DNA from: Pedosphaera sp.
Lineage (GTDB): Bacteria > Verrucomicrobiota > Verrucomicrobiia > Limisphaerales > UBA1100
NCBI GenBank assembly: GCA_009695465.1
Contig: SIAW01000001.1
Location: forward strand, 7,092 to 71,091
Direction: 5' to 3'
Length of the DNA stretch: 64,000 bases
Both the position numbers and the translations under genes were made by a program. Below the pieces are notes generated by a model, which saw only the letters and a program-made list of their open reading frames with translations, was not told where the DNA came from and ran no database searches. Below, piece by piece: positions 29,314 through 37,882 of this stretch; position 1 is the first letter of the stretch; the number at the start of each line of letters is the position of its first letter.

Positions 29314-30245
29314 AAACCTACGGAGTTGATGTTCCATTTCTGGTGCTGGATGGACGCGGCCAGTGCGCGGATATTCGGACGCGCTGCGCACAGTCGAGGC
29401 AGCGCCACCGGGCCATCCACCAACAGCGCGGTGGAAAAGGCGTCGCTCTCCGTGGCGTCGGGCAACCACACCGCCGCTAGTTGCGCCGCCTGCGTCGGGC
29501 GGCCCGTGCGCGGATCAATGACATGACCCTGCGTCCGCCCTTCGATGTCGATGAAAGATTTTCCCTTCACGCCGGAGACAGAGAGCGAGCCGTCCAGCAG
29601 ATCCACGACGGACAGCGGGGGCAAGGGCACCGCCGCCGTGGAATCCGGATGTTCGATGGCGATGCGCCACGGACGGCCGTCGGGTTGCACGCCGAATGCG
29701 CAGGCGGTGCTGGTGCCGCCGTGGATGAGCGCGTGCGACATGCCCAGTTCGCGCAGGCGCTGGGCGGCGATTTCCAGCGCGTAGCCTTTGCCGATCGCGC
29801 CGAGGTCAAGCTGCACGCCGCTCCGCCGGAAGCGCACGGTGCTGGCGGCTTCGTCCAGTTCAACATGCCGCCAGCCGGTGCAGTCCAGTGCGGCAGCGAT
29901 GTCCGCGTCGGTGGGTGTGGCCCCAGTTGCGCCGATAAATTTCCAGCAGCGCAGCAACGGCGCGAGGGTGATGTCAAAGGCGCCGCCGGTTTCCGCAGTG
30001 AGTTGGCCGCAGCGTTGCAGCAGTGCAAACACCTCAGCAGAGACCGGCACAGGCGCGCGGGCGGCGCGGGCGTTGACTTGCGCGATCTGACTGGAGGGCA
30101 GATGAAAACTCAGCGCGGCATCCAGCCGGTCAATCTCATCAAGCGCCTCTTCGGCAGCAGCGCGCAGGCGCACGGGATTGTCGCCGTGCAGGACCACCTC
30201 GAAGCGGGTGGCCATTGCGTTGCGGGCGACGGCGAGCGGTTGCAT
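29310..30245 (-). CDS. apbE: FAD:protein FMN transferase (ApbE family)
   Basis: 'MATRFEVVLHG', 'GAFDIT', 'LDLGAIGKGYALE' and 'GGTS' motifs typical of ApbE. ATG at 30245; the track start at 30251 is a TTG. Confidence 0.88.
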   Translation of the reverse strand: MQPLAVARNAMATRFEVVLHGDNPVRLRAAAEEALDEIDRLDAALSFHLPSSQIAQVNARAARAPVPVSAEVFALLQRCGQLTAETGGAFDITLAPLLRCWKFIGATGATPTDADIAAALDCTGWRHVELDEAASTVRFRRSGVQLDLGAIGKGYALEIAAQRLRELGMSHALIHGGTSTACAFGVQPDGRPWRIAIEHPDSTAAVPLPPLSVVDLLDGSLSVSGVKGKSFIDIEGRTQGHVIDPRTGRPTQAAQLAAVWLPDATESDAFSTALLVDGPVALPRLCAARPNIRALAASIQHQKWNINSVGL

Positions 30246-30304
30246 GCACAAAAAACCGGGGCTTCGCAGTCGCGAAACCCCGGTTTGTAAAACAGTGCGG
30301 CGAC

Positions 30305-31675
30305 CTACGAGAGGTCGGTGCTGCCGTAGGTGATGGGCTTAATCTCGCGGCCGGTGCCGTCGGTGACTTTGCGCGTCTTCGGGTCGAAGAGGCACATCAC
30401 GCTCAAGCGCTCGCTCATCTCCGCCAGCGAGATCACGGTCTGAACCTTCAAGGCCAGGTCAATGCCGGCGTTGGGTTCTTTGCCGTTGCGGATGCAATCA
30501 AACCAGTTGCGCTCGTGCACCTGGACGCTTTCGCCGGGCAGGAGGTTTTCCCACACCTGCGGGTCGATCTCCTCGGCGAAGGGCCGCTCGGGCTTGAGCT
30601 CCACGCGGTTGCCGGCGAAGTAGAGCGTGCCTTTGTGGCCGCGGATCATGTCGGGCAATCCCTGCTCGTTCACCGTGGCGCTGGCCACCATGAGGTTCAG
30701 GCCACTGGGGAATTCAGCAATGAGCTGCACGGTCTCCGGCACGTCGCGCTCGTAGGAGCTGGGCGTGTTTTTGTCCGTGCGGATTTTCTTGCTGCCCAGC
30801 GACACCACGCGCGTGGGGAACTCCGGGTTGCCCGTGGCGAGCATCAGCGGGTGCAGGCGGTGCGGGAAGAGGTCGCCCAACAGACCCGCGCAGTACGGGT
30901 AATATTTCCGCCAGCGGAAATAATGATCAGCGTTGAAGTCCACCTGCTTCTTCACCGGACCCAGCCACGATTTCCAACTGATGTCCGTAGCGCTGGCCCA
31001 CGGCTGGATGGTGTAATTCCATTCGCCCTTGGGACTGTTGCGCATGTAGGAACCCTGGCCCAACACCATCGCGCCGATGGCCCCGGACTTGATGATCTCG
31101 GCGGTCTTGTGCCACTTGGCATCGGAGCAGCCCTGCGCACCGACCTGCAGTTTCTTGCCGGTCTTCTTGACGGCGTCCGCGATCTCGAACGCCTCACCGA
31201 GGTAGCGCGTCATCGGCTTCTCCACATAGACGTGCTTGCCGGCGTTGAGGGCGTCCACAGCAATCTTCGTGTGCCAGTGATCCACCGTGGTGACAAACAC
31301 CGCGTCAATGTCGCTGCGATCGAGCACCTTTTTGTAATCGTCGTAGCCCTGCACCTTCGCGCTGGCGTTGTCTTTCTCGATGAACGCCTTGGCCTCCGCA
31401 GTACGATGCTTGGAGACATCGCACGTGGCGGCCTGCACAATGTTCGCGTCCGCGGCCTGGCCTTTGGCGGTGCGCACGTGGGCCATGCCTTGGCCGCCCA
31501 CACCGATGTGGCCGACAACGATTTTGTTGTTTGCGCCGATCACATTGGCGCTGGGCGCCTTGTTCTGGCCGTACACAGGCGTCTTGAAAAGATTGACCGT
31601 GGCGACGACAGCCGTGGCCGTGGCCGCGTGTTTGATGAAGTCCCGGCGAGTCGGGGTAGGTTGATGTTGGCTCAT
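30305..31675 (-). CDS. Gfo/Idh/MocA-family oxidoreductase with a twin-arginine (Tat) signal
   Basis: 'TRRDFIKHAATATAVVATV' Tat signal. 'VGHIGVGGQG' Rossmann motif. 'EKPM' motif. Start set at ATG 31675. Confidence 0.88.
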   Translation of the reverse strand: MSQHQPTPTRRDFIKHAATATAVVATVNLFKTPVYGQNKAPSANVIGANNKIVVGHIGVGGQGMAHVRTAKGQAADANIVQAATCDVSKHRTAEAKAFIEKDNASAKVQGYDDYKKVLDRSDIDAVFVTTVDHWHTKIAVDALNAGKHVYVEKPMTRYLGEAFEIADAVKKTGKKLQVGAQGCSDAKWHKTAEIIKSGAIGAMVLGQGSYMRNSPKGEWNYTIQPWASATDISWKSWLGPVKKQVDFNADHYFRWRKYYPYCAGLLGDLFPHRLHPLMLATGNPEFPTRVVSLGSKKIRTDKNTPSSYERDVPETVQLIAEFPSGLNLMVASATVNEQGLPDMIRGHKGTLYFAGNRVELKPERPFAEEIDPQVWENLLPGESVQVHERNWFDCIRNGKEPNAGIDLALKVQTVISLAEMSERLSVMCLFDPKTRKVTDGTGREIKPITYGSTDLS

Positions 31676-31814
31676 AAACGCTCGTTGGTTATTGGTGTTT
31701 GTGTAATGAGGCGGCAACACTAGCCCGCCCGTCGGCACGGTCAATGCCGAACATTGCGCGGGTGTGCATGCAAAGCGGTTGTCACCCCGCGGGCTTTGCC
31801 GTTCAATCGCGCGC

Positions 31815-33290
31815 ATGACGCCCGCAGTCATCTTGGCCTGCGTGGGCGCGTACTTCGCGCTGCTGTTGGCCATCGCGTGGCGCACGGGGCGAGGCGCGGA
31901 CACGGCCGGCTACTATCTCGGCAACAAAGCATCGCCGTGGTACATCGTCGCCTTCGGGATGATCAGCGACACGCTCTCGGGCGTCACCTTCATCTCCGTG
32001 CCCGGCTCGGTGGGCGCCAACCAGTTCTCCTACTTGCAAATGGTCTTCGGCTATGTGCTGGGCTACGTCGCCATCGCGCTGGTGTTGTTGCCGCTGTATT
32101 ACCGGCTGGAACTCACTTCCATCTACGGTTACCTCGGCCAACGCTTTGGTCCGCGCGCGCAAAAAACCGGCGCGGCGTTCTTCCTGATTTCCCGCACGCT
32201 CGGCGCAGCGGCGCGACTGTACTTGGCGGCGGGCGTATTCCAGACCTTCGTGTTTGATCAATGGCACGTGCCTTTCGCGCTCACCGTCGCAGTGATGATC
32301 CTGCTGATGCTCGCCTACACCTATCGCGGCGGCATCAAGACGTTGGTGTGGACGGACACGCTGCAGTCGGCGTTCCTGCTGCTGGGCGTGGGGCTTTCGC
32401 TGGTCGCGCTGTGGCGCGGGCTGGGACTGGACTGGGACGGGCTGGTCTCGACTTTGCAGGACAGCCCGCACGCGCAGATCTTTTTCTGGGACTGGAAAGA
32501 TCCCAAATTCTTTTGGAAACAATTCCTCTCCGGCGCCTTCATCGCCGTGGTGATGACCGGGCTGGACCAGAACTCGATGCAGAAAAGCCTCTCGTGCCGC
32601 ACGCTGGGCGAGGCGCAGAAAAACATCTTCTGGTTCAGCGGCGTGATCGTGCTGGTGAACTTCCTCTTCCTCGCGCTGGGCGCGCTGCTCTACGCCTACG
32701 CGCAGTCCCAAGGCGTCGCCGTGCCGGAGAAAACCGACCAGTTCTTTCCGCTACTCGCCTTTCAACACCTCGGCACCTTCGCCGCCGTCGTCTTCGTGCT
32801 CGGCCTCACCGCTGCCACATTTTCCAGCGCGGACTCCGTGCTCACCACACTCACCACCAGTTTCTGCCTCGACATCGCGCACGACAATCGCCGCAGCGAA
32901 GCCGAGCGGACGCGCTTGCGCCATCGCGCGCACATCGGGTTTGCCGTGTTGTTGCTGCTGGTGATTTTGGTTTTCCAAGCGGTGAGCAGCCGCGCCGTCA
33001 TTGATCTGGTGCTCAAGCTCGCCACCTTCACCTACGGCCCGTTGCTGGGCCTCTTCGCGCTGGGCCTTTTCACGCGATGCCCGGTGAATGACCGGCTGGC
33101 GCCGCTAGCCTGTGTGTTGGCGCCGGTGATCTGCTGGGTGGTGGAACGCAACGCCGCTGCGTGGTTTGGCGGCTACAAATTTGGCTACGAGTTGCTGCTG
33201 GTGAACGGCGCGCTCACCGCCGCGCTCCTTTACGGATTCACACGGTTGACCGGCACAGCATCAGAGACTGAGATGGCCCAGCGCCAGTAA
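31815..33290 (+). CDS. Sodium:solute symporter (SSS) family transporter
   Basis: About 13 TM helices with SSS-like motifs ('GGIKTLVWTDTLQ', 'GLDQNSMQK'). ATG at 31815. Confidence 0.85.
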   Translation: MTPAVILACVGAYFALLLAIAWRTGRGADTAGYYLGNKASPWYIVAFGMISDTLSGVTFISVPGSVGANQFSYLQMVFGYVLGYVAIALVLLPLYYRLELTSIYGYLGQRFGPRAQKTGAAFFLISRTLGAAARLYLAAGVFQTFVFDQWHVPFALTVAVMILLMLAYTYRGGIKTLVWTDTLQSAFLLLGVGLSLVALWRGLGLDWDGLVSTLQDSPHAQIFFWDWKDPKFFWKQFLSGAFIAVVMTGLDQNSMQKSLSCRTLGEAQKNIFWFSGVIVLVNFLFLALGALLYAYAQSQGVAVPEKTDQFFPLLAFQHLGTFAAVVFVLGLTAATFSSADSVLTTLTTSFCLDIAHDNRRSEAERTRLRHRAHIGFAVLLLLVILVFQAVSSRAVIDLVLKLATFTYGPLLGLFALGLFTRCPVNDRLAPLACVLAPVICWVVERNAAAWFGGYKFGYELLLVNGALTAALLYGFTRLTGTASETEMAQRQ

Positions 33291-34148
33291 GCCGTAGTAC
33301 GTGTATTCCGCGTCCACATGCTCATCGGCCCAGTGACCGTGAAAGCCCCCTTCATTGGTCCAGAGCGTGTCGATGAAATCCAGGCAGCGTTCGTGGATCA
33401 CGTTGGGCAAACGCCGTTCCATCGCAGCGAGTGCATGCAGCGTCGTCGCGGTGGAAAGCAGATCGGGCATGGGCGCGCCGGGCACGGCGACAAATCCACC
33501 CTGCTCATGCGACTGCGCCAGCAGCCAGTCCCCCACGGCGTTGTTCACGGGAAAACCAAGATGGCGGATGAGCGTCACCGCGCCGGCGGTGGCATTGGTC
33601 GCGCCGATGGGCGTGCCGGGGAAATTGCTCCACGCATGATCCGGGGTTTCAAGGCGCTTGAGGCTTTGGATCAACTTCAGCGGCGAGGGCGGATTGCGAT
33701 CCAGATCTTGGTAAGCGCCCAGCGCCACGAACGCCCCGTAGGCCGTGCCGTGCGCCAACTTTGTATCGCCCTCGTAACCGCTATCGGGTTTGCGGAAAGA
33801 TTCGATGCGCGCGAGCAGTGCGTCGGCCAGTCCAGCGGGCATGCGCTTGGTGCCGATGGCGGCCCAACAACGGGCCAGCGCGGAGAGGTGTACAAAGTCC
33901 AGCGCTGCGCCATCGCCATGCGAGCGCAGGTACGCCTCCACTTTGTCGGCCGGCACCTCGGCGTCCAACGCCTGCAGGCCCGCGAGCGCGAAGATGGTGT
34001 AATACAGATCGGGGCGGCCCGCGCGATCCAGTCCCGCGCCGTCCGCGTTGAGTCGGCTGCGAAAGAAATCGCGCACCAATCCGGCGGAGTCGCCCAAGAG
34101 GCGCGGTGAAAGCCGGGCCACCTGCAGCAGTTGAAGGCGCAGGCTCAT
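33261..34148 (-). CDS. Prenyltransferase/squalene-oxidase-repeat (alpha/alpha-barrel) protein, resembling the beta subunit of protein prenyltransferases
   Basis: Repeated 'GGF..........D..YTYY.L.AL' units, for example 'EGGFHGHWADEHVDAEYTYYGLLALGHL', 'QGGFVAVPGAPMPDLLSTATTLHALA' and 'DSGYEGDTKLAHGTAYGAFVALGA'. The ATG at 34148 was chosen because the rest of track ORF 33261..34670 overlaps the upstream gene. Confidence 0.75.
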   Translation of the reverse strand: MSLRLQLLQVARLSPRLLGDSAGLVRDFFRSRLNADGAGLDRAGRPDLYYTIFALAGLQALDAEVPADKVEAYLRSHGDGAALDFVHLSALARCWAAIGTKRMPAGLADALLARIESFRKPDSGYEGDTKLAHGTAYGAFVALGAYQDLDRNPPSPLKLIQSLKRLETPDHAWSNFPGTPIGATNATAGAVTLIRHLGFPVNNAVGDWLLAQSHEQGGFVAVPGAPMPDLLSTATTLHALAAMERRLPNVIHERCLDFIDTLWTNEGGFHGHWADEHVDAEYTYYGLLALGHLSL

Positions 34149-34167
34149 CGAGACGCGCGCGGTGCCG

Positions 34168-35922
34168 TCAGGCGACGACCGGCTGGCGGGCCTCGTGGGT
34201 TTCGTGAACCTTGTGGGCCTTGTGCAACTCCGACTCCTGCACTTCGCTGCACCAGCCCTTGATTTCAGCCTCGTTGAAAATCTTGCCAATGACGCGGCGC
34301 AGCAGCCCTTTGAGATTTGGATTCTCCAGCTCGCGCAACGCGTGCACGGCCTCTTCCTTGTACGTGGCCAGCAACGTCTCCGCGCGCTCATCGGCCTTGA
34401 GCTTGCGATAAAGCGCCTCCACTTGTCCGGCGCCGCATCCGGCCGGGGGCTGACGACGCCACAGCGCGCCGAGCAATTCGCGCTCGCTGTCTTTCGCGCG
34501 TTCATGCGCCACGGCCAGCAGCAAGCTCGGGCGCAGGCCGGCGATGTCGTTGGTCTCGCCCGTGTCGCCCAGATCGCTGAGGTCGTCGCGGATCTGATAC
34601 GCAATGCCCAGCGCCTCGCTGTATTTGCCCAACACCCCGGAGACAGCGGCGTGCTCGGCCACGCCCGCATGGAGCGCGCCCAATTGCAGGGCGACCTCGA
34701 AGGCCGGCGCAGTTTTTTTGCGGAAGATGTCGAGCACTTGCAGCGTGGAGAGCGGCTGCGGACGTTGTTGCCAGCACAGCTCCGCGCCTTGGCCGCGGCA
34801 CAGTTCGCGCTGTCCAGCGGCGGCCACGTTCAACATCGCCGCGCGTTGTTCAGCGCTGATGTTGCACTTGCCGATGAGCCGGTAGCCTTCGCCGATGAGC
34901 AGGTCGCCCACGTTGAGCGCCACCGCCACGCCGTGTTCTTCGTGCAACGTTTTCTCGCCGTACCGTTGGGCGTCGTTGTCCTCGATGTCGTCGTGGATGA
35001 GCGATGCTTTGTGGAAGCACTCCACCGCCACGGCGATGTTTTTCAAATCTTCGGGCAACGACCCTTCGGGATGTTCGCGCAGTGCCTGACAAGCAGCAGC
35101 GGCGAGGAACGGACGCCAGCGTTTGCCCGCGCGCGCCAGCCATTCGTGGGCGATGACTTCCGTTTCGCCGTCAGGCTGACCCAGCAGCGCGGAGAGCGAG
35201 GCGGGCGTGAACCACGTGGCCACTTCATCGCGCAGCCGGCCCAAGTCCAGTCGCCGCGTGCGGTCATCGCTGGTGAGATGGATGTAATCCCAGACCCATT
35301 CCTCGTCCACGGTGGTGTTGATGCAATCATCCTGCAACAACGGGATGGCCACACCGGGCACGGCTGCGGCTTCCATGTACGGGAACGCGCGCTCCAAAAC
35401 CGAGAGGCAACTCACGCCGACGATGGCCTCGATCTTGCCGGTCTGGATGAGCGACATGACGATGGCGCTGCCTTCGGCGACGAGCACCGCGTAGCCGAGA
35501 CGCTCGGCCTCCGCTTGCAAATCTTGGATGGTGCAGAGGCCGCATTGTTTGCACAGCAGACCAAACTCGTCGAAGGGCGCCGGGCAACGGCTTTCCACGC
35601 GCAGACATTTGGGCAGCAGCAGCAGGCGCCGCTCGAACGGCACGGAGGCCAGTTGTTCGCGCCAGCTTTCGTTGTTGATCAGCACGCCCACGTAATCGCG
35701 GTAGATCGCCGGCCATCGCAGATTCGCCAGCACGCGATCGGCGTGGATCTTCAAATCCTCCACCGGCAGCGGCGGCACGGGGTTGAACTCCGCCACGTAG
35801 GCGCGCACGGCGGCCAAGGCGCGTTCGCGCTCGGGGCGCGTCTGCGGCACGTTGTCTTTCGGTTTGCGCGACAGAGGACGCGGAACCGGGCGCGGGATGA
35901 CGAGTGAGGCGGTAGTGGACAT
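34168..35922 (-). CDS. Fusion protein: N-terminal DUF116-like Cys-rich domain + C-terminal trans-polyprenyl diphosphate synthase
   Basis: N-terminal half: 'RRLLLLPKCLRVESRCPAPFDEFGLLCKQCGLC', DUF116-like. C-terminal half: 'GKRWRP', first Asp-rich motif DDIED (verified at nt 34978-34992) and second motif DDLSD (34573-34587). ATG at 35922; alternative TTG at 35940. Confidence 0.82.
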   Translation of the reverse strand: MSTTASLVIPRPVPRPLSRKPKDNVPQTRPERERALAAVRAYVAEFNPVPPLPVEDLKIHADRVLANLRWPAIYRDYVGVLINNESWREQLASVPFERRLLLLPKCLRVESRCPAPFDEFGLLCKQCGLCTIQDLQAEAERLGYAVLVAEGSAIVMSLIQTGKIEAIVGVSCLSVLERAFPYMEAAAVPGVAIPLLQDDCINTTVDEEWVWDYIHLTSDDRTRRLDLGRLRDEVATWFTPASLSALLGQPDGETEVIAHEWLARAGKRWRPFLAAAACQALREHPEGSLPEDLKNIAVAVECFHKASLIHDDIEDNDAQRYGEKTLHEEHGVAVALNVGDLLIGEGYRLIGKCNISAEQRAAMLNVAAAGQRELCRGQGAELCWQQRPQPLSTLQVLDIFRKKTAPAFEVALQLGALHAGVAEHAAVSGVLGKYSEALGIAYQIRDDLSDLGDTGETNDIAGLRPSLLLAVAHERAKDSERELLGALWRRQPPAGCGAGQVEALYRKLKADERAETLLATYKEEAVHALRELENPNLKGLLRRVIGKIFNEAEIKGWCSEVQESELHKAHKVHETHEARQPVVA

Positions 35923-36044
35923 GTAGCTATGGCTTTTCAACGGCCAACATGCGGCCGATGTTTGCTGTCTGTGTAACGGCCGCAGATTGTGCGGTGGCCG
36001 AACCGGAGTGTCGAACCCAAAAGCGGGCCAGCCTCATCGCGGGT

Positions 36045-36572
36045 TCACCACGAATTATTGTGGCGCAACCAATGCTCGGCCCCCGTGTCAATTTTCCGGA
36101 TGACATCCGCTATCTGACGCAGGTTGCAGGAGCAGCCTTCGAAAATGAACTGCATGGATTCCGGATCGAGGTTGCGATGGAAGTTGTCAGAGGCAAATCC
36201 AACCAGCGGCCCCACGGGCATCAGGTTCATCGGCTGCGCCGAGTGGTGGGCCTCGTTGCCGTACCAAGCGATGAGGTGCGCGTCGAACTGATCCAGCGTC
36301 GCGCCAAGCGCCGCCCAATCTGCCGGGGCACGTTCGGGCGCCGCCGTCGCCTCGCACAACATCTTGCCGCGTTCCGCCGCGGTGGGATTGGCCGGCCAGA
36401 GCACCTTGCCCAGATCCGCCGCGTGGCGCACGAAGGCGTGCGTATAGAAAAAGACGTTCTCGGGAACGTTCAATTGCAGGTGCCCGTGGATCTGCCCGTA
36501 GGCGTACAGCGCGAAACGGCACTGGCAGCGCACCTCTTCCAACAAGCGGAATCGGAAAGCGTTGTTGTTCAT
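36045..36572 (-). CDS. Hypothetical protein (175 aa), no recognisable family
   Basis: Diverse, non-low-complexity sequence. Its ATG overlaps the upstream ferredoxin stop (ATGA at 36569-36572). The antisense ORF 35949..36578 looks like a shadow. Confidence 0.6.
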   Translation of the reverse strand: MNNNAFRFRLLEEVRCQCRFALYAYGQIHGHLQLNVPENVFFYTHAFVRHAADLGKVLWPANPTAAERGKMLCEATAAPERAPADWAALGATLDQFDAHLIAWYGNEAHHSAQPMNLMPVGPLVGFASDNFHRNLDPESMQFIFEGCSCNLRQIADVIRKIDTGAEHWLRHNNSW

Positions 36573-37429
36573 GATTGAGTTTGATGATTCATCGCCAGCG
36601 CGGCGGCGGCCTTGGCTTTCGCCTCCCCTGCGCGACGCAAAATCTCATCGGGCGCGGGCAGGCTCATCAGCACCTCCACAGGAATGTCGCCCGCCGTGGC
36701 GAGTTTGGTCAGACATTTCTGCCGTTCAGCCAGCGCCTTCTTATCATCCCGCTCTTTGCTGAAGCGCACCTTGGCGTCATCACTGCGCTGCCGCAACGAG
36801 GCGTACACATCGCCGCCCAACAGCGCGGAGATGTCCACCTTCATCCGTTCCCGCCCAAGATCGGCGGCCGTGACGGCGTCGCCATTGATCGGACCAGCTT
36901 TGTATTTGGGGAACATGATGGCCGCCTCGGGACAGACACGACTGCAGGCCGGGCAATTGGTTTTGCAATTGTCGTTGGTCTGCACCTCGATGCGCCCAGT
37001 CGCATCCGCGCCGTACACGCCGAAGAGACAGAAGGAAAGGCACTGCATGCAGTTGGTGCAACGGTCGTAGTCAATGACCGGGAACCACGGCTTCCACTCG
37101 CCGTGCCGCGCGGCGCCGCGCTGTTCGCGGTGCCACTCCACGCGCCCGGCGATGGCCGCGGTGTCCTGTCCGGAGATGTCCTCAAAATGCACGGCGACCT
37201 GCCCCTCCGCATCTTCCGCCTGCGGCACGCGACCTTCATCGAAGCGTCCCAAAACAAGCAGCGTACTGCGATCGGCCGGCGCCACAGTGCCCGTGCCGGT
37301 GCGGGTGACGGTGTAGCCGCGCTCCAGCAATTCGGTGAGCGCCGCAAACCGATCCGCAGCGCCCAGCGGCTGCGCGCCCGCGCCCTCGTAAAGAACGACG
37401 CGCAGTGTGGTTTGGTCTTTGATGGCCAT
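36569..37429 (-). CDS. 2x[4Fe-4S] ferredoxin-domain protein with unassigned N- and C-terminal regions
   Basis: 'CTNCMQCLSFC' and 'CKTNCPACSRVCP' cluster motifs (about nt 36932-37060), flanked by ~115 aa (N-terminal) and ~110 aa (C-terminal, helical, Lys/Ala-rich) of unknown function. Confidence 0.8.
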   Translation of the reverse strand: MAIKDQTTLRVVLYEGAGAQPLGAADRFAALTELLERGYTVTRTGTGTVAPADRSTLLVLGRFDEGRVPQAEDAEGQVAVHFEDISGQDTAAIAGRVEWHREQRGAARHGEWKPWFPVIDYDRCTNCMQCLSFCLFGVYGADATGRIEVQTNDNCKTNCPACSRVCPEAAIMFPKYKAGPINGDAVTAADLGRERMKVDISALLGGDVYASLRQRSDDAKVRFSKERDDKKALAERQKCLTKLATAGDIPVEVLMSLPAPDEILRRAGEAKAKAAAALAMNHQTQS

Positions 37430-37437
37430 AAATCAGT

Positions 37438-37836
37438 TCACGTTTTCCGCGCCGCCGCCGCCGCGGCGGCCGCCTCGGTCTTGCCTTGCGGCAGATTGAG
37501 ATTCATGTCCGCGCTGGCGAGTGCGGCGCTGACTTCTTCCGCGCTTTGCGTGCGCATGTTAATCACCTCGGTGCGCTCGGCGGCAAGATCAGCACCCGCC
37601 TGATGGAACAAGCCTTTCACCGCGCGCGGGAAACAGGCGGCAATCTTCACCGCGCCACCTTCGGCCAGCCGTTTCAACGCAGGATCGCGCCGCGCCGCCA
37701 TCTCGCACAGATCCGCCACGGCATCGAAGGCCGCGCCACTCTCGCACAGCCGACGCAGCACGGCAGCCTTCACGTCCGGCGGCACCACCTGCGCGTAGGC
37801 GCAGTGGCAATACAGGATGCGCGGGGCGTCAGGCAT
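37438..37836 (-). CDS. Small Cys-containing hypothetical protein
   Basis: 'RILYCHCAYAQVVP' plus three more Cys residues. ATG at 37836; the track start at 37896 is a TTG and would overlap the upstream gene by 14 nt. No family recognised. Confidence 0.55.
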   Translation of the reverse strand: MPDAPRILYCHCAYAQVVPPDVKAAVLRRLCESGAAFDAVADLCEMAARRDPALKRLAEGGAVKIAACFPRAVKGLFHQAGADLAAERTEVINMRTQSAEEVSAALASADMNLNLPQGKTEAAAAAAAARKT

Positions 37837-37882
37837 GCGCGGGAAGTCTAGCGTGAGGATGCACGGGACGGCAACTGCGGTT

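Noticed and set aside
28735-31675. Search for an ApbE flavinylation motif (D-x-x-S/T-G-A-T/S) in the two neighbours of apbE
   Set aside because: Only weak partial matches were seen by eye ('KSGAIGA', 'HISGTEP'), so I do not claim either protein is the ApbE substrate.
34149-34670. N-terminal 174-aa extension of track ORF 33261..34670
   Set aside because: The extension overlaps the 3' part of the polyprenyl synthase gene in another frame and is Arg/Cys/Ser-rich junk. An ATG at 34148 gives a clean barrel protein starting 19 nt after the upstream stop.
34162-35907. 581-aa plus-strand ORF antisense to the DUF116-polyprenyl synthase fusion
   Set aside because: The minus strand encodes verified DDxxD motifs and GKRWRP. 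The plus-strand translation is Arg/Ala/Gly-rich with no motif.
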